Sequence record: OR062947.1
Source of the DNA: Escherichia phage 348Ecol098PP
Strand: one strand, 5' to 3'
DNA: 64,000 nt
Shown here: positions 1 to 8,225 of the stretch, in pieces
How positions within the stretch are numbered: position 1 is the first letter of the stretch
Layout of the letters: the number at the start of each line of letters is the position of its first letter
The notes under the pieces: generated by a model
The model's input: the letters and a program-made list of their open reading frames with translations, nothing else
Databases searched by the model: none
Told to the model about the DNA's origin: nothing
Made by a program: the position numbers and the translations under genes

Positions 1-46
1 TAACTACGTCCAGTGTATTGAACGTTTAAACAAATTTAATTAATTG

Positions 47-77
47 GTTTACACCAAAGTTAAAACAAGATACTATA
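47..77 (+). promoter_or_regulatory. T4-type early promoter (GTTTAC box, TACTAT -10-like)
   Basis: ggtttacacc...tactataaac read directly upstream of the first ORF; spacing about 18 nt. Confidence 0.4.
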
Positions 78-104
78 AACATAACAAATCAAGAGGAAAT
101 TAAC

Positions 105-353
105 ATGGAATTATTCGTAGCTAGTTCAGTAGCAGTTTTAATCGCAGGTATTGGTTCAATCATCATTTACATGTTGCCTTGGGTAATCGCACTTATTCGT
201 GGCACAAAAAGCACAACAGCAATCTTCTTTGTATCTTTACTCTTTAACTGGACGATGGTTGGTTGGATTGGAACTTTAATTTGGTCTATCGTTGCCGAAA
301 AGAAATCTGCTCAGCAGCCTCAACAAGTAATTATTATTCGCGAAAAAGAATAA
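105..353 (+). CDS. small hydrophobic membrane protein (two predicted TM segments), function unknown
   Basis: ATG at 105 preceded by aagagga SD; 82 aa; hydrophobic stretches; lies in the 61.x small-gene block upstream of primase. Confidence 0.5.
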   Translation: MELFVASSVAVLIAGIGSIIIYMLPWVIALIRGTKSTTAIFFVSLLFNWTMVGWIGTLIWSIVAEKKSAQQPQQVIIIREKE

Positions 354-357
354 ACTT

Positions 358-392
358 GTTTACATTATAGATGGACTATAGTATAGTAGTCC
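358..392 (+). promoter_or_regulatory. early promoter with inverted repeat around -10 (PeSL-like cassette)
   Basis: gtttaca at 358, then palindrome ggactatagtatagtagtcc at 373-392 enclosing a tatagt -10-like hexamer. Confidence 0.5.
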
Positions 393-416
393 TATCAAAT
401 CAACTAAGGAGTTAAA

Positions 417-710
417 ATGAAAAAGTTATCATTGGCAGCAATCTTACTTGCAGTATCATGTGCACCGGCTCCAGTTACGGCAGGTTATGATAAAGACCTC
501 TGTGAGTGGTCAATGACTGCAAATCAAGAAGATGTTGAACAACAAATCTTCTCTGATATCATGAACATCACTAAACGAGACCGTCCTAATATGGTTAATA
601 AAGTTGTTGAACAACTTAAGTCTGGCGGTATCATGCAGTACAACTATGTTTTGTATTGTGACCCTAATTTCGATAACAAAGATATCGTAACCGAAATCAC
701 AGGTGAATAA
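417..710 (+). CDS. sp: spackle-like periplasmic protein (secreted, signal peptide)
   Basis: 97 aa; N-terminal signal peptide MKKLSLAAILLAVSCAPA; aaggag SD; size and position upstream of gene 61 match T4 sp (61.3) as I recall it. Confidence 0.5.
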   Translation: MKKLSLAAILLAVSCAPAPVTAGYDKDLCEWSMTANQEDVEQQIFSDIMNITKRDRPNMVNKVVEQLKSGGIMQYNYVLYCDPNFDNKDIVTEITGE

Positions 711-711
711 T

Positions 712-1362
712 ATGATTTATTATATGCACAAAAATGCGCCATTTAAATATGGTAAATTTCCTAATGCACAATGTTATAATATAACGCCGAATGAAAATAA
801 TAACGGATACCATCTCGGTGTAATTTTTGTAATTGTTAAAGATAACGAAATCGTTGCCTGGGCAGATTTTAAAGGTACAACATACGATGTTAATCCTGTG
901 CCTTTCACATATTACAATATAATGGATTTGGCATATGATTATAATTGGTTTAATCATGACACGTTGGCTCATATTGAAGGTGTAGGATTTGACATCTCTT
1001 ATTCTAGCTATTCATTATGTCCTATGAGCCGAGCTCACGGTAAAGATGTATCATATCTTTCAATTCGGAAACGTGTAAACTTCAAACGTAGTACAGAGTA
1101 TGTTGGTGGACTCTTTGTTAAAGATAATAAAATAACCCGTATTAGTTATCCTTTAAGTGTGGGCCAAAAAGATGTTGATGTTGATTTGGACTTAACTGAA
1201 AATAACATTAATCGTATTGCTTCTGTATATTTTGATATCGATGAAAAAATTGTAGTGTGTGGATACGAATTACCACCTGAAGAAAAGGCTGAAGCAATTG
1301 AAGTCGAATTAGAAATTTCTGTTGATGACCAAATATTTAATGCATTTATGAATCGAGGTTAA
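712..1362 (+). CDS. hypothetical protein (61.2 position)
   Basis: ATG at 712 after aggtga SD; the ORF-track start at 703 is GTG overlapping the sp stop; 216 aa. Confidence 0.5.
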   Translation: MIYYMHKNAPFKYGKFPNAQCYNITPNENNNGYHLGVIFVIVKDNEIVAWADFKGTTYDVNPVPFTYYNIMDLAYDYNWFNHDTLAHIEGVGFDISYSSYSLCPMSRAHGKDVSYLSIRKRVNFKRSTEYVGGLFVKDNKITRISYPLSVGQKDVDVDLDLTENNINRIASVYFDIDEKIVVCGYELPPEEKAEAIEVELEISVDDQIFNAFMNRG

Positions 1363-1363
1363 A

Positions 1364-1561
1364 ATGACTACTGCAATTTGCACTGGTTCTAAAATTAGTG
1401 TTTTTACAAGTTTTGAAGATTATGAAGTTGTTTCAAAACACCAATGTCATATTAGCGTAAAAGCTAATGATGGTGTAATTTGGAATATTCCACAGTATGA
1501 AGGCACCACATATGAAGTCACAAATATAAATGGTGACAAAGCAATCTTTGTAATTGATTAA
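1364..1561 (+). CDS. hypothetical protein
   Basis: 65 aa ORF, ATG at 1364 with cgaggt SD, tightly packed between neighbours. Confidence 0.4.
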   Translation: MTTAICTGSKISVFTSFEDYEVVSKHQCHISVKANDGVIWNIPQYEGTTYEVTNINGDKAIFVID

Positions 1562-1580
1562 ATATACTCAGGAGGTACCT

Positions 1581-2048
1581 ATGGGTATTATTAACACTGC
1601 AATAGATTCTGTTTACGCATATAAGTTTATTCGACTAATGCAAAAACCTTTTACCGAATGGAAAGCATACGAAGCCAAAATCATCGATGAACGTGGAAGT
1701 GTTCTTAAACGTCCTTCTACTCCCGAAGAAAAAGCGGCGTATACACCTTTTCATGCTTCAGTTCGTTCAATGAAGCGAATGATGAGCACTGTTCCAGGTC
1801 TTAATGGAATGGCCTCAATGATGTCTGCCTGGAGTGCTGTAGCTTCACGCTATAACATTACTGAAGAACAACAGAAAGAAATATTTAAAGAACTCCCTTT
1901 ATTTGAGGATATGGTTGCTGGTGATTCAGGCGGCAGTCCTCAAGCTATTGCATCAGGAACAACTACAGGTGCAGTCGTAAATAAAGGTCCAGAACAAATT
2001 CCTTCCAAGAAAAGAAAGCGAATTAAAGTAAATATTAATAAGTTGTGA
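1581..2048 (+). CDS. hypothetical protein (61.1 position)
   Basis: ATG at 1581 with caggaggt SD; the track start at 1554 is TTG; 155 aa. Confidence 0.5.
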   Translation: MGIINTAIDSVYAYKFIRLMQKPFTEWKAYEAKIIDERGSVLKRPSTPEEKAAYTPFHASVRSMKRMMSTVPGLNGMASMMSAWSAVASRYNITEEQQKEIFKELPLFEDMVAGDSGGSPQAIASGTTTGAVVNKGPEQIPSKKRKRIKVNINKL

Positions 2049-2087
2049 TATGATGGCCTTAAATTAATAAGGCCTCTGGAGAATACT

Positions 2088-3110
2088 ATGGCTGAATGGA
2101 TAGATAATGAATTTGCTTATCGTGCGTTTTCTCACCTCCCTCGTTTTAGACAAATCAATAATTCAAGCACATTTAAATTAACATTTCGATGTCCAGTTTG
2201 TGGCGACTCTCAGACAGATGCAATGAAAGCTCGCGGATGGTATTACGGTGGTACTCCTGGTAATGTACATTGCTATAACTGTCAATACCACAATACAATT
2301 TCCGGATACTTAAAAGAGTATGATGAAGAGCTTTATCGCGAATATCTAATGGAAGTTCGTAAAGAAAAAGCTAGAATGGAACCAAAGATTGAAAAGGTTC
2401 CTGAAGCTAAGCCTGAGCCAGAGAAAAAGACTATAAATTCTTTGCCGTCTTGTTCTCGTCTGGACAAGTTGCCTGAAGAGCATCCTATTGTGAAATATGT
2501 TAAGTCTCGGTGTATTCCTAAAGAATCATGGAACAGATTATGGTTCACATTAGAATGGCCCAAATTGGTCAACAAGATTCAACCTGGTACGTATAAGAAA
2601 GAGATTCCCGAACCACGGTTAGTGATTCCTATTTTTAATAAAGATGGGAAGGCCGAGTCATTCCAAGGACGTGCACTTCGTAAAGATGCTCCTCAGAAAT
2701 ATATCACTATTAAAGCGTTTGAGTCTGCAACAAAAATTTATGGTGTTGAACGTGTTAAGGAAGGAGACGTCTGGGTAATGGAAGGCCCTATTGATAGTTT
2801 ATTCATACCCAATGCAATCGCTATTACAGGCGGCTCAATAGATTTAGACGTGGTACCATTTAAAGAACGTCGGGTATGGGTAATGGATAATGAACCTAGG
2901 CATCCGGATACTATAGCTCGCATGAAGCGATTAGTTGATGCAGGCGAACGTGTCATGTTCTGGGACCGAGCTCCATGGAGATCAAAGGATGTGAATGATA
3001 TGGTAATGAAAGAAAATGCAACACCACAAGAAATTTTAGAATATATGAAACAGAATATTTCAAGTGGGTTGCATGCTAAAATGAGATTATCTCGTTATTC
3101 GAAGATTTAA
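2088..3110 (+). CDS. 61: DNA primase gp61
   Basis: 340 aa; N-terminus WIDNEFAYRA..FKL.FRCPVCGDS..ARGWYYG and zinc-ribbon CxxC..CxxC closely match remembered T4 gp61. Confidence 0.9.
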   Translation: MAEWIDNEFAYRAFSHLPRFRQINNSSTFKLTFRCPVCGDSQTDAMKARGWYYGGTPGNVHCYNCQYHNTISGYLKEYDEELYREYLMEVRKEKARMEPKIEKVPEAKPEPEKKTINSLPSCSRLDKLPEEHPIVKYVKSRCIPKESWNRLWFTLEWPKLVNKIQPGTYKKEIPEPRLVIPIFNKDGKAESFQGRALRKDAPQKYITIKAFESATKIYGVERVKEGDVWVMEGPIDSLFIPNAIAITGGSIDLDVVPFKERRVWVMDNEPRHPDTIARMKRLVDAGERVMFWDRAPWRSKDVNDMVMKENATPQEILEYMKQNISSGLHAKMRLSRYSKI

Positions 3111-3304
3111 ACAAGCCCTATAATAGCAAAGGCCAAATCAACTACAGTATCCAATGGAACAGAAGGAACCATAACACCATGGGCAACTAACAATGGTGCA
3201 ATCCCGAAGTTCCATGAAATAATGCCACCTACAACTATTGCAGCGATAGCAGTTTTCTTTTTATTGCCTTTAATAGCGTTGATTAACGATGGAAGTTTAA
3301 ACAT
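3107..3304 (-). CDS. small hydrophobic protein on opposite strand, function unknown
   Basis: 65 aa minus-strand ORF between 61 and 56; strong aaggag SD upstream of its ATG; hydrophobic. Confidence 0.35.
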   Translation of the reverse strand: MFKLPSLINAIKGNKKKTAIAAIVVGGIISWNFGIAPLLVAHGVMVPSVPLDTVVDLAFAIIGLV

Positions 3305-3393
3305 AATATCTCCTTAGTTACCTATTATTTATTACGCTTTATAAAATTAATGTTAGAATTAACTTCTCTTATACTGAATTGAAAGGAAAAATA

Positions 3394-3915
3394 ATGGCAC
3401 ACTTTAACGAATGTTCACAACTTATTTCTGGTGTTGATAAAGCAGAAGAAGCTTATTTTAATGCTCTGATTCACGAAGATAAAGACCCACTGCAGGTAAT
3501 GCTTGATATGCAGAAATCTTTACAGGTTCGTCTGGCAAATGACAAGCCTGAACATAACAAACATCCTGATGAATTGGCCACTGCTGGCGATGTTGTTGAT
3601 TGGCTGCGTAATCAGAAAGATTATATTGATGATGAATTCCGTGAACTGCTGACTTCACTTGGTGGTATGAGCAATGGTGAAAAAGCCGCCAGCAGTGTAT
3701 GGAAGCCGTGGAAGGCACAACATGCTGAATATCGAAATCGTCGTATCGATGAACTGTCTCCTGAAGACCAGCTTGAAATTAAATTCGAGATGATTGATAT
3801 CCTCCACTTTGTTCTGAATATGTTCCAAGGTCTGGGTCTTTCCGCTGAAGAAATCTTTAAACTTTACTACTTGAAAAACCAACACAACTTTGAACGTCAG
3901 GATAATGGTTACTGA
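3394..3915 (+). CDS. 56: dCTP pyrophosphatase (dCTPase/dUTPase) gp56
   Basis: ATG at 3394 (track start 3379 is TTG); MAHFNEC...DPLQVMLDMQ...FRELLTSLG...SPEDQLEIKFE..FHFVLNMF matches remembered T4 gp56. Confidence 0.85.
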   Translation: MAHFNECSQLISGVDKAEEAYFNALIHEDKDPLQVMLDMQKSLQVRLANDKPEHNKHPDELATAGDVVDWLRNQKDYIDDEFRELLTSLGGMSNGEKAASSVWKPWKAQHAEYRNRRIDELSPEDQLEIKFEMIDILHFVLNMFQGLGLSAEEIFKLYYLKNQHNFERQDNGY

Positions 3916-3921
3916 TTAAGT

Positions 3922-3929
3922 TATAAATA
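3922..3929 (+). promoter_or_regulatory. T4 late promoter TATAAATA upstream of soc
   Basis: exact TATAAATA about 30 nt upstream of the soc ATG. Confidence 0.6.
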
Positions 3930-3960
3930 CACCTGTAATTAAACAACAAAGGAGTTAATT

Positions 3961-4197
3961 ATGGGTGGTTACGTTAATATCAAAACCTTTACACGTCCGG
4001 CTGGTGAAGGTAAAGAAGTTAAAGGTATGGAAGTTTCTGTGCCGTTTGAGATTTATTCAAACGAACATCGGATTGCAGATTCTCATTACCAAATCTTTCC
4101 ATCAGAAAAGGCAGCTTATTCTACTGTAGTTTCTGATGCAGCTGACTGGAAAACTAAGAACGCTGCAATGTTTACCCCTACACCAGTAAGTGGTTAA
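3961..4197 (+). CDS. soc: small outer capsid protein Soc
   Basis: 78 aa; GYVNIKTF...HYQ.FPSEKAAYSTV matches remembered T4 Soc. Confidence 0.85.
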   Translation: MGGYVNIKTFTRPAGEGKEVKGMEVSVPFEIYSNEHRIADSHYQIFPSEKAAYSTVVSDAADWKTKNAAMFTPTPVSG

Positions 4198-4206
4198 ATA
4201 ATTTAA

Positions 4207-4230
4207 GGAATCCTTCGGGATTCCTTTTTT
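4207..4230 (+). terminator. rho-independent terminator
   Basis: ggaatccttcgggattcc hairpin (UUCG loop) followed by tttttt. Confidence 0.8.
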
Positions 4231-4239
4231 GTTTCTACA

Positions 4240-4270
4240 GTTTACAACCGCTAAAAACTGTGTTAAGATA
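4240..4270 (+). promoter_or_regulatory. T4-type early promoter
   Basis: gtttac at 4240, taagat -10-like about 18 nt downstream. Confidence 0.45.
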
Positions 4271-4297
4271 TTTTTACTTACTCAAGAGGAGAACAAT

Positions 4298-4525
4298 ATG
4301 TTAAATCGTTGGATTAAACCTAATAACACATTAGGTGCTTTGATTGCTCAAGAAGTTTCGTTGAAATACGGTCTTGGATATTACGATGATGTAGTCGTAC
4401 ACTCATTCATGATGGATGGTGAAGACGTCAAATTTAATGCCGAAATCCGTTGGGATGATGGTGGTGTTCGTTTTGTTCGAGGAACAATTAATGCTTACGA
4501 TGCTGAAGAAGTTGTTTGCTGTTAA
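4298..4525 (+). CDS. hypothetical protein
   Basis: ATG at 4298 with caagaggag SD; 75 aa. Confidence 0.5.
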   Translation: MLNRWIKPNNTLGALIAQEVSLKYGLGYYDDVVVHSFMMDGEDVKFNAEIRWDDGGVRFVRGTINAYDAEEVVCC

Positions 4526-4727
4526 ACCAGGCGAAGGTATGATGCCTATTCCTGATACACACGAAAAAAGTTGGGAATACATTGGTGACGGCATGATGGA
4601 AGAAGTTATTCGTCCTAAGTCTGCTTCAAGCTCTTCCGATTATAATCATTCATACGTATCGTCTTGGCCTGGTGATTCTGGGTCAAGTTATTCTGATTGT
4701 GGTTCAAGCTCAGGGAGCTGCGAATGA
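4500..4727 (+). CDS. hypothetical Ser-rich small protein (start uncertain)
   Basis: ORF in frame of track ORF 4416..4727; candidate starts at 4500 or 4539; C-terminal Ser/Gly/Asp-rich tail. Confidence 0.3.
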   Translation: MLKKLFAVKPGEGMMPIPDTHEKSWEYIGDGMMEEVIRPKSASSSSDYNHSYVSSWPGDSGSSYSDCGSSSGSCE

Positions 4728-4903
4728 ACAGATTGGTAAGATGGTTTAAAAGCTGGGACGATGGTGTCGGTCCAGAAGATTGGCTGGATGTTCTTGAAGA
4801 GAATATGGCTAAAGAATTCCAGAAACATGAAGAAAAGCTCGTCGAAGATGAAGGCGAACGTATTGTAAAACTTTATATGGGTGAACCATCGAGGAAATTA
4901 TAA
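4724..4903 (+). CDS. hypothetical protein
   Basis: ATG at 4724 overlapping upstream stop (ATGA); 59 aa. Confidence 0.4.
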   Translation: MNRLVRWFKSWDDGVGPEDWLDVLEENMAKEFQKHEEKLVEDEGERIVKLYMGEPSRKL

Positions 4904-5367
4904 TGGATGCTATGTTATTTAAAATGTATTTGCTTGAAGCCAAGTCGTTTAAACATATACCAGTAGAAGATAAGACTCCACTAGAAATAGCTATTCTCAT
5001 TAACAAAAGTCTAAATAATCCGCAATATATCGTAGAAGAATTCTGCAAATTGCAGATTCCTAAAGGTTACAAAATTCGTGTAGAGCGAGTTGGAGCTATT
5101 ACTCGTTCTAAAAATTCTCCGTTTAGTCTTGAAGAAGGCATAAAGGACTTAGGTTATGAATCTACGGAAAATGCAGTTTATGTGAATCCTGAAAAGCGTT
5201 TAGACTTGTTTGAAAAGCGAGACCATAAGTATTTTGCCAAAAAATACTTTATTACGTCATTAGCAGATTTAATCCATTTGCAACGAGCTATTTGGAAATT
5301 TTTTAAGACAAAAGGTGTAGCGCTAGAAACATTCTCCGAGCAGCCTAGTTTTTATTTAGGTGAATAA
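4903..5367 (+). CDS. hypothetical protein (mrh region)
   Basis: 154 aa ORF; ATG overlaps upstream stop (TAATG). Confidence 0.5.
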   Translation: MDAMLFKMYLLEAKSFKHIPVEDKTPLEIAILINKSLNNPQYIVEEFCKLQIPKGYKIRVERVGAITRSKNSPFSLEEGIKDLGYESTENAVYVNPEKRLDLFEKRDHKYFAKKYFITSLADLIHLQRAIWKFFKTKGVALETFSEQPSFYLGE

Positions 5368-5368
5368 T

Positions 5369-5548
5369 ATGGACATTATGAGTATGTTTGACGAGCCTGA
5401 AGTTGAGGCTCCTAAAGTGCATCGTAGTGAACTTGTTGATGAACTAGATAGTATTATACAACGGCATGGCTTTAGTTTACCTGTTGAAGCCCTGAAAGAC
5501 CTTGCCTCTTATTATGACGACCCTCCACCATGGAGTCCTTGGAAATGA
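5369..5548 (+). CDS. hypothetical protein
   Basis: ATG at 5369 after aggtga SD (track start 5360 is GTG); 59 aa. Confidence 0.4.
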   Translation: MDIMSMFDEPEVEAPKVHRSELVDELDSIIQRHGFSLPVEALKDLASYYDDPPPWSPWK

Positions 5549-5709
5549 AAGAGAAATTTAAAGAGAAATTCTTACTAGAAATCAAGGAAAAAGACTTTGA
5601 GACATGGTATCGAATGGTGAAAGGGTTGACATTGCTTTTTAAAGCATCGTTATTCATGTTAGAACAACCTGGCCCTGATGGACCTTTAGTAGGAAAGCTT
5701 AAAAAGTAG
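5545..5709 (+). CDS. hypothetical small protein
   Basis: 54 aa ORF below the track cutoff; ATGA overlap with upstream stop. Confidence 0.3.
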   Translation: MKEKFKEKFLLEIKEKDFETWYRMVKGLTLLFKASLFMLEQPGPDGPLVGKLKK

Positions 5710-5738
5710 TTTACATTCCCTCCTCTCGTGTTATGATA
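5709..5738 (+). promoter_or_regulatory. T4-type early promoter
   Basis: gtttac at 5709, tatgat -10-like at about 5732. Confidence 0.45.
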
Positions 5739-5764
5739 GGCTTATCTTTAAATGGAGGTCTATC

Positions 5765-6346
5765 ATGACATGTCAATCTGAACTTCAAGAACGTGAATAC
5801 CTAACAAATCTGATTGATAGCAAATTCACCCGCCAAGAACAAAACATTCTCTGGGCTTGCACCGATTCTAAGGAAGACCCGGATTTCCACTATGAATTAG
5901 ACCATCTTGTTCGTAAGCATATGACTTCTACAGTACCAGTAGAACTCTACCGTGGTGTAACTCCAGAAGAAGTAGAACGTCTTTCCCTTCTTTCTGTTGG
6001 ATGTCATTGGTCTCCTGGACGAGTAACATCGTTCACAACTGATTTCAGTACAGCTCGTCAATTCTCTGGGAGATGGGAATATCAGACGTACACTATTCTT
6101 AGTCTCAGGAATGCTCCATTCATTTTTGATTACTACCAAAACATGGTTAACATTGTACTTGCCGGGAAGAACCCTAAGCATGTTATGGAAGAAAAGCGTG
6201 TTGACGTCCTAGATATGATTGAATCTGAACAAGAGTACATGGTCTCAGGTATCTCTAGATTTGAGATTGTGGAAATTGAAGACTTAGAATATGACCCTTT
6301 ATCTCGATTATACAAAATCATTCATTTGAAAATGTTGAATTTTTAG
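5765..6346 (+). CDS. modB: ADP-ribosyltransferase, Mod family (ModB-like)
   Basis: 193 aa; R (LYRG), S-x-T (SFTTDFSTA) and E-x-E (EQEY) motifs in ART order; position between soc and srd as in T4. Confidence 0.6.
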   Translation: MTCQSELQEREYLTNLIDSKFTRQEQNILWACTDSKEDPDFHYELDHLVRKHMTSTVPVELYRGVTPEEVERLSLLSVGCHWSPGRVTSFTTDFSTARQFSGRWEYQTYTILSLRNAPFIFDYYQNMVNIVLAGKNPKHVMEEKRVDVLDMIESEQEYMVSGISRFEIVEIEDLEYDPLSRLYKIIHLKMLNF

Positions 6347-6376
6347 TGTACAAACTCTTCCGATGATGATACTATA
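6346..6376 (+). promoter_or_regulatory. early promoter (GTGTAC variant box)
   Basis: gtgtac at 6346, tactat about 18 nt downstream. Confidence 0.4.
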
Positions 6377-6403
6377 CCTTTATCAACCACAGGAGAAACC
6401 TAA

Positions 6404-7012
6404 ATGTTTATGCCGTATAACGAGTGTGAAATTGAAGAAATGGTTCGTCGTGCCCAAAACCCTGAATATCAAGATGTATTGCAGTACGAAATTGATAGTC
6501 AATTCAGCGACATTGAACAAAGCATCCTTTGGCAGTGTATGGAAAACAAGCCAGACTGTATTCAACAGGAGTTAAGTTCAATCGTTCGTAGAAATTGGAC
6601 GTCTTCTGTTCCTGAGACAATGTATCGTGGAATCTCTAAGAAAACTATGGCCACACTCGATGATAAAGGTATTGGTAGTATTATTAAATTTGACAGAGTA
6701 ATGAGCTTCAGCCCAGTGTTCGGTGTAGCACGTAACTTTGCTTCGTATAATTTTTACGGAACATTTAATATGTTCTGCATCAAAGATGCACCATTTGCTT
6801 TCAACTTCCGTGAACATATGCTTAATATGATTCTGGCTGCACCATCTTGTGAGTTCAATGGAGCTTTCCCTGAAGCGACAAGACGGTCTAATGCTAGACT
6901 TATATCTGACGAATGTGAATTTATGCTCCCTATAGGGACTACACTGCGTGTAGATTCTATTATTCAAGATGGACGTTATACAATCTGGAATCTGTCTATT
7001 GTCAGTTACTGA
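6404..7012 (+). CDS. modA: ADP-ribosyltransferase, Mod family (ModA-like)
   Basis: 202 aa; paralogous to the upstream ORF; MYRG, SFSP and ECEF (R-S-E triad) motifs. Confidence 0.6.
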   Translation: MFMPYNECEIEEMVRRAQNPEYQDVLQYEIDSQFSDIEQSILWQCMENKPDCIQQELSSIVRRNWTSSVPETMYRGISKKTMATLDDKGIGSIIKFDRVMSFSPVFGVARNFASYNFYGTFNMFCIKDAPFAFNFREHMLNMILAAPSCEFNGAFPEATRRSNARLISDECEFMLPIGTTLRVDSIIQDGRYTIWNLSIVSY

Positions 7013-7086
7013 CTGAATTGGAATAACCGGATGGAACTCAGAACCATTATAACACATAAAAAATTAAAGCATTTTATGAAAAAAGA

Positions 7087-7118
7087 GTGTACACTACCTG
7101 AGGGCATGATATTATAAG
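7087..7118 (+). promoter_or_regulatory. early promoter (GTGTAC variant box)
   Basis: gtgtacactacctgagggcatgatattata upstream of srd. Confidence 0.4.
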
Positions 7119-7164
7119 CTTATCAGCTAAATGACCTAACGTCCGTAAGACAGAGGAAAATATT

Positions 7165-7911
7165 ATGTTGTCAAATAATAAAATTAACAAAATCAATCGT
7201 CGTCTTGACCACACCAGAGCTTCTGCGAAGAGACGCTCTAAGGATTTTAACTTAGACTTTAATTACCTTAAAAACATTCTTGATCAAAAGGTCTGCGCTT
7301 ACTCAGGTGAATCTTTTAATAACTCTGTTGAAGGTGAGAAATTATCCTTAGAACGTTTTAATAATGATATCGGCTACATTAAAGGTAATGTTATCCCAGT
7401 TAAGAAAAAATATAACACGGCTCGTTCTGATTTAACATTAGAAGAACTTATTGAAAAACGTGATGCCATTGCAAGACGTATCGCTAATCCTTCTGCCCGT
7501 AAAGTAGAGAAACTTAATCTCGACGAGAAGAAATGGGCCCAAATTAAAAAGGTTTATGGTACTATTTTAAAAATCCGAGCAAAACGTGAAAATCGTGTTA
7601 AGCATATGGCGAACATGATGAAAAATCAACCTTTATCTAACGAATCTAAACTTAGAATTGTTGCTTTGAAAGCACGCATTAATGGCTCACATCAAGCAGA
7701 AGGCCATGAACTTACTAAACTCAACGTTCTTCTTAAAGGCTCTGACTGGAAAACTAAAACTAAATTAACTGACGCTGAATCGCTTTTCGATACATATGAT
7801 AAAGTTATCCAAGGTCTGCAACGTTTTGAAAAGATTGGTTTCATTGGTAAATTAAAATTGAAACGTGGCTTACCACTTAGCGCATCATTATTCCAACTGA
7901 TTAAAGGTTAA
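7165..7911 (+). CDS. srd: Srd-like protein (similarity to rpoD)
   Basis: 248 aa basic protein directly upstream of dda.1/dda; size and position match T4 srd. Confidence 0.6.
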   Translation: MLSNNKINKINRRLDHTRASAKRRSKDFNLDFNYLKNILDQKVCAYSGESFNNSVEGEKLSLERFNNDIGYIKGNVIPVKKKYNTARSDLTLEELIEKRDAIARRIANPSARKVEKLNLDEKKWAQIKKVYGTILKIRAKRENRVKHMANMMKNQPLSNESKLRIVALKARINGSHQAEGHELTKLNVLLKGSDWKTKTKLTDAESLFDTYDKVIQGLQRFEKIGFIGKLKLKRGLPLSASLFQLIKG

Positions 7912-7913
7912 TT

Positions 7914-8225
7914 ATGGTTTATGTATATGCAATAGTTTATCGAGATATGGAAGGATTTACTGTCCCGGTTCCACTTGATGAGCATCGTCCTGCAGTATTT
8001 TTTAGAAAGGATATTGCAGATAAAGTTTTCGATACTTTGAAAACACAGTATAAAACAGATTTAAAAATGGGAGTTCTAAGAATGGTCGAAACTCCGCGTA
8101 AGTTCTGGTTTAATAAGCTTGAAATGAAACACGTTAAACTAGATGCGGAGACGCAAAGATTGTATCAACGAATCCTGGACACAGGCCGTATTGTTAGTAT
8201 TCCAATTGCAGGGACTTTACGATGA
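7914..8225 (+). CDS. hypothetical protein (dda.1 position)
   Basis: 103 aa; stop overlaps the dda start. Confidence 0.5.
   Translation: MVYVYAIVYRDMEGFTVPVPLDEHRPAVFFRKDIADKVFDTLKTQYKTDLKMGVLRMVETPRKFWFNKLEMKHVKLDAETQRLYQRILDTGRIVSIPIAGTLR

Noticed and set aside
697-972. Minus-strand ORF (91 aa) overlapping the sp-like and 61.2-like genes
   Set aside because: Antisense to well-supported plus-strand genes; no SD; typical spurious ORF in AT-rich sequence.
2055-2074. Hairpin ggcctt...aaggcc between the 61.1-like ORF and gene 61, considered as a terminator
   Set aside because: No T-run follows and it sits inside an operon with translational coupling; more likely an mRNA structural element.
2333-2956. 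Minus-strand ORFs (2333-2575, 2738-2956) inside primase gene 61
   Set aside because: They lie inside a confidently identified gene on the other strand.
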